Shown piece by piece: positions 60,296 through 64,000 of a stretch of DNA of 64,000 nucleotides (its first letter is position 1; every line of letters begins with the position of its first letter). The notes under the pieces were generated by a model. The model saw only the letters and a program-made list of their open reading frames with translations, was not told the DNA's origin and did not search any database. Made by a program: the position numbers and the translations under genes. The stretch spans positions 310,001 to 374,000 of the forward strand of contig CP060759.1 in the NCBI GenBank assembly GCA_023205875.1, read 5' to 3'. The DNA comes from Chloropicon primus. Its lineage: Eukaryota.

Positions 60296-62161
60296 ATGAG
60301 TTACGTCCCGCCGCACTTGAGGAATCGTGGGGACCCGCCCGGTCGCGAGGACGAGCGACAGAGGGGAGGGTACGGCAGGGATTACGGCGGTAACAGGGGG
60401 GGGTACGGCGGGAGGGAGGAGTATGGCGGAGGGATGGACTATGGGAGGGACTTCGGAGGGAGGGGGAGGGAGAGAGGGAGGGACTACGGGTATGGGTACG
60501 GCGATCGCGACAGAGGAGGCGGCGGGGGCGGGGGGTACGGAGGAGACCGGGGATACGGGAGGAGGGAGGAGAGGGGCCAGGGGTACGGGGGCAGGGACGG
60601 TTACGGCGGGAGGGACGGTTACGGAGGAGGATACAGAGATCGGGAGGGCCCGCCGATGCCCAGGGTGAGCCAGCCTATGGGCCCCAGCTCGACCGAGGAA
60701 GCGGCTTTCGCGTGCTGGGAGCCGTCCCAGAGGGTGAAGGACCTCACGGACGAGCAGATCAAGGAGATCAGGACGAGGCTGAACCTGACGATCGAGACGG
60801 AGAAGGGGGAGCCGAGCTGCCCGCCTCCGATAGAGTCTTTCGAGGACATGCAGCTCTCGAGGGACATCATGATGGACATTAGGCTCCACGAGTACACGAA
60901 GCCCACTCCCATCCAGGCCCAGGCGATCCCGACGGCCCTGTCGGGAAGGGACATCCTCGGGTGCGCCGAGACGGGAAGCGGGAAGACCGCGTCCTTCTCC
61001 ATCCCGATGATAGCTCACTGCTCGAACCAGCCCCCCCTGAAGAGGGGGGACGGGCCCTTTGCCGTCGTGCTCGCGCCGACCAGGGAGCTCGCCCAGCAGA
61101 TCGCGGACGAGTGCAAGATGTTCTCCCACTCCAGCAAGATGAGGACTTGCATCATTGTTGGCGGGGCTCCCATCCAGGAGCAGAGGCAGATGCTGAGGCA
61201 GGGGGTGGAGGTTGTGGTGGCCACGCCCGGGAGGTTCCTGGACCACCTTCAGCAGAGGAACACGAACCTCCAGAGGGTTAGCTATGTGGTCCTGGACGAG
61301 GCGGACAGGATGCTTGACATGGGTTTCGAGCCCCAGATCAGGGAGATTCTCACGAACCTTCCCGAGAAGCACCAGACTCTGCTCTTCAGTGCCACCATGC
61401 CCGAAGAGATCGAGGGCCTTGCGAACGAGTACCTGAACAAGCCGGTGAGGGTGAAGGTCGGGGCCGTGAGCAGGCCCACGGCGAACGTGGTGCAGCACCT
61501 GCAGAAGACGACCGAGCAGGACAAGCTCGAGGCTCTCCTGAACTTGGTCTCCCAGGAGTTCGAGATGGCCTCAAGGGTGGGAGGCCCCTCGGCGAAGCTT
61601 CCGATGACTGTGGTGTTCGTGGAGACGAAGGCGAGGTGCGAGGAGGTGAAGGACACCCTCAACGTGAACAACTTCTCGGCCGTGGCCCTGCACGGAGGAA
61701 TAGAGCAAAGGATGAGGGAGGCTGCCCTCATCCAGTTCAGGAAGGGCCACGCCCAGATTCTTGTCGCGACCGACATTGCCAGCAGAGGTTTGGACGTCTC
61801 GGGCATCGCCCACGTCATCAACATGGACCTGCCCCGCCAGTTCGAGGACTACGTGCACAGGATAGGGCGAACGGGAAGGGCCGGTATGAGCGGAAGGGCG
61901 ACGAGCTTTTACACCGACAGGGACTCGTATGTCGTGGCACAGATCAAGTACGCCATCGCTCAGCTGGAGAAGGGCAACGACCTCGTGTTTGCGACCGGGA
62001 AGGCAGCGAGAGCAAGGGAAAGGGAGAAGGCTGCCCAGGCAAAGGCGGGAATAACAAGCACGGATGCGGCCGAGGAGGGGGCCGTGAAGCTGAACCACAA
62101 GTTCATGAACTTGAACATGAACAAGGAAGAAGGGTGTGCCGATGACGCTTGGGATGACTAA
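60296..62161 (+). CDS. DEAD-box RNA helicase (DBP2/DED1-related) with RGG-rich N-terminus
   Basis: MSYVPPHLR, AETGSGKT, PTREL, TPGR, DEAD, SAT, HRIGRTGR. Confidence 0.92.
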   Translation: MSYVPPHLRNRGDPPGREDERQRGGYGRDYGGNRGGYGGREEYGGGMDYGRDFGGRGRERGRDYGYGYGDRDRGGGGGGGYGGDRGYGRREERGQGYGGRDGYGGRDGYGGGYRDREGPPMPRVSQPMGPSSTEEAAFACWEPSQRVKDLTDEQIKEIRTRLNLTIETEKGEPSCPPPIESFEDMQLSRDIMMDIRLHEYTKPTPIQAQAIPTALSGRDILGCAETGSGKTASFSIPMIAHCSNQPPLKRGDGPFAVVLAPTRELAQQIADECKMFSHSSKMRTCIIVGGAPIQEQRQMLRQGVEVVVATPGRFLDHLQQRNTNLQRVSYVVLDEADRMLDMGFEPQIREILTNLPEKHQTLLFSATMPEEIEGLANEYLNKPVRVKVGAVSRPTANVVQHLQKTTEQDKLEALLNLVSQEFEMASRVGGPSAKLPMTVVFVETKARCEEVKDTLNVNNFSAVALHGGIEQRMREAALIQFRKGHAQILVATDIASRGLDVSGIAHVINMDLPRQFEDYVHRIGRTGRAGMSGRATSFYTDRDSYVVAQIKYAIAQLEKGNDLVFATGKAARAREREKAAQAKAGITSTDAAEEGAVKLNHKFMNLNMNKEEGCADDAWDD

Positions 62162-62246
62162 AAAAAAGGTTATTTGTTTTGCTCAATAAAGATCCTCAGA
62201 TTTACTCGAACGTCTTCTGTCCAGCATTGTTCTATCAAGACAATTG

Positions 62247-62426
62247 TCATTCGGCCGGCTGCTGCATCTGCGCTGTGAATGGGTTCGCAATCTCTTCGAT
62301 TCCCGCTGTCGGTGATACTGCCATCACAACCGTTCCTCGGCACACCACGAGACCAAGCTTCCTCGTGTTGGTTGTCACCCTGGACATATCTTCCGGATCT
62401 GCACACCCAAGCAGAGAATAGATGGG

Positions 62427-62471
<45 letters not shown>

Positions 62472-62883
62472 AGTCAGTACACTGGTGCCACAGCACGTTG
62501 GGAGGGCCGTCCTTCGTCAAAGAAGCTCGAAGCCTCGCACTTACCCCTGAGGTATTCCACTGCGTCATCTAATACCATATTCAGCAGCTGGTCATACCCC
62601 TTCAATGTCCCCGAAACTGCAAGGCAAAAAGGAAAGCAGAAGAAACAAGTCAGCTACCACAACCCCCCCTCACCTCAACCCACTTCCCCAACAAAACCTT
62701 TCCCCACCATGGACACCGAGGCCTCTCTCCCTCCCTCTGTCTTTGGCGGTAAGTCCTCCGTCTCCGTCTTCTCGTTTCGTTTCGTTTCGTTTCGTGCGTA
62801 CCTTCCCTTCCCCCCGCGAGCTTGACGTGGACGCCCTTGTCCACGAACTTGGCCAGCTCCACAGCCGACTGCTTGTGCGACAT
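62247..62883 (-). CDS. LSM7: U6 snRNA-associated Sm-like protein LSm7; 3 exons
   Basis: Exons 62883-62802, 62616-62545 and 62398-62247: ELAKFVDKGVHVKLAGGRE|VSGTLKGYDQLLNMVLD...|TRKLGLVVCRGT...EEIANPF. Confidence 0.93.
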
Positions 62884-63041
62884 CTCCCTCCCTCCCTCTC
62901 TCTCTCTCTCCTCTCTCTCCTCGCTCTCTCCCTCGTCTCTCTCTCTCTTCCGCCGCAGTCGATTGCGATCGATCGATTTTGATTTGAAGGGGAGCAGAAG
63001 GGCACGAGGAGGCCTCGCTCGGTGCGCGGTTTGCGTTTGCG

Positions 63042-64000
63042 ATGAAGGGAACGAGGGCGGAGGACGGCATGAAGGGAACGAGGGCAACGCGCGTTGTCTT
63101 GTTTCTTCTCTTCGTGTTGCTGTGCTGCACCAAAGCGGCGTCTGGTTTCAAGGAAAACGAATTCAAAACCTGCGCCAAGTCGAGCTTTTGTCAAAGGCTG
63201 CGTTCCGTGCCACCCGAGCACAAGTATGTGATCGAGTCGCTCGAGGCGGACGACTCCGGTGCGGTGAGGGGTAAGGTCTCGGTCGTGGACGAGGATGCGG
63301 AGGACGAGACCTTGCACAAGGATATCGACTTTGCTCTCTTGGCGTACGAGTCTGGCGTGCTTCGCCTGAAGGTTTCTCAGCCAGGGAGGTTTGAGGTGCC
63401 AGAGGTTCTCCTGGACGATCTGAAGCAGGTGCCACTGACGTCGCAGTCCAAGGCGAGCGCCCAAGAGATCTTCCAGTTCCAGAACTCCTTGGTTGTTGTG
63501 ACCTTGAGTCCCATGAAGGTTGAAGTGTACGGCGACAAGTCGAAGATAACCACGCCTACTGTCGTGTTCAACGAGAACAGCTTGTTCAACTTTGAGAGAC
63601 AGGTGAAGCCTGGTGAGAATGGGTCCAGCGAGTGGGCGGAGACGTTTTTGTCTCACAGCGACACCAGGAAGAATGGGCCGATGGGACTCTCGATCGATGT
63701 TCACTTTCCTGGAGCAAACCACGTGTTTGGGATACCCGAGAGAGCGACGCGTTTCTCGCTCCCGCCTACCAAGGAGGTGCACGCAAACGGCGAAAAGGTC
63801 CTTCACGAGCCGTACCGACTCTACAACCTGGACGTCTTCGAGTATCTGCACGACCACCCCTTTGGCCTGTATGGCAGCATTCCTTTCCTCACAGCGAAGA
63901 AAGTTGGTTCGACCACCGGTGCTTTCTGGCTGAACGCAGCGGAGATGTACGTGGACATCTGGAAGACCGACAAGGGCACGAGCACTCAGTGGGTCTCCGA
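63042..64000 (+). CDS. GANAB: ER glucosidase II alpha subunit (GH31), 5' part, runs off the window
   Basis: Signal peptide then FKTCAKSSFCQRLR, WAETFLSHSD..KNGP, VFGIPERA, EPYRLYNLDVFEY, LYGSIPF, FWLNAAEM. Confidence 0.9.
   Translation, partial: MKGTRAEDGMKGTRATRVVLFLLFVLLCCTKAASGFKENEFKTCAKSSFCQRLRSVPPEHKYVIESLEADDSGAVRGKVSVVDEDAEDETLHKDIDFALLAYESGVLRLKVSQPGRFEVPEVLLDDLKQVPLTSQSKASAQEIFQFQNSLVVVTLSPMKVEVYGDKSKITTPTVVFNENSLFNFERQVKPGENGSSEWAETFLSHSDTRKNGPMGLSIDVHFPGANHVFGIPERATRFSLPPTKEVHANGEKVLHEPYRLYNLDVFEYLHDHPFGLYGSIPFLTAKKVGSTTGAFWLNAAEMYVDIWKTDKGTSTQWVS

Overview
Gene-dense eukaryotic nuclear DNA from a compact green-algal (chlorophyte, probably picoplanktonic) genome. The evidence is short GT-AG introns rich in (CT)n/(GA)n microsatellites, TGTAA polyadenylation signals after many stops, and nuclear genes for plastid proteins (PRPS13, ClpP5, OEP80, OR, HCF101-like). 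About 37 protein-coding genes can be built, including spliced genes that the ORF track misses or splits (COX5C, LSM7, LZIC, RPL37, RPL27a, glucosidase II alpha). No rRNA, tRNA, CRISPR array or transposase was recognised. The most striking structure is a pair of GH47 alpha-1,2-mannosidase genes forming ~1.5 kb inverted-repeat arms around a SOS1-like antiporter. The arms alternate near-identical blocks with sharply bounded divergent patches, one ending exactly at the known GH47 specificity residue, so the 4.9 kb interior could be invertible and generate chimeric enzymes. Other notable items are a dynamin-like protein (middle-PH-GED-PRD) with no GTPase domain, a strongly divergent beta-tubulin, an HCF101-like ATPase lacking DUF59, a SPOUT methyltransferase with degenerate motifs, a TRF-like Myb with an altered recognition helix, and two ~180-bp promoter-region duplications sharing a motif. 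All family assignments come from recalled motifs, not database searches.
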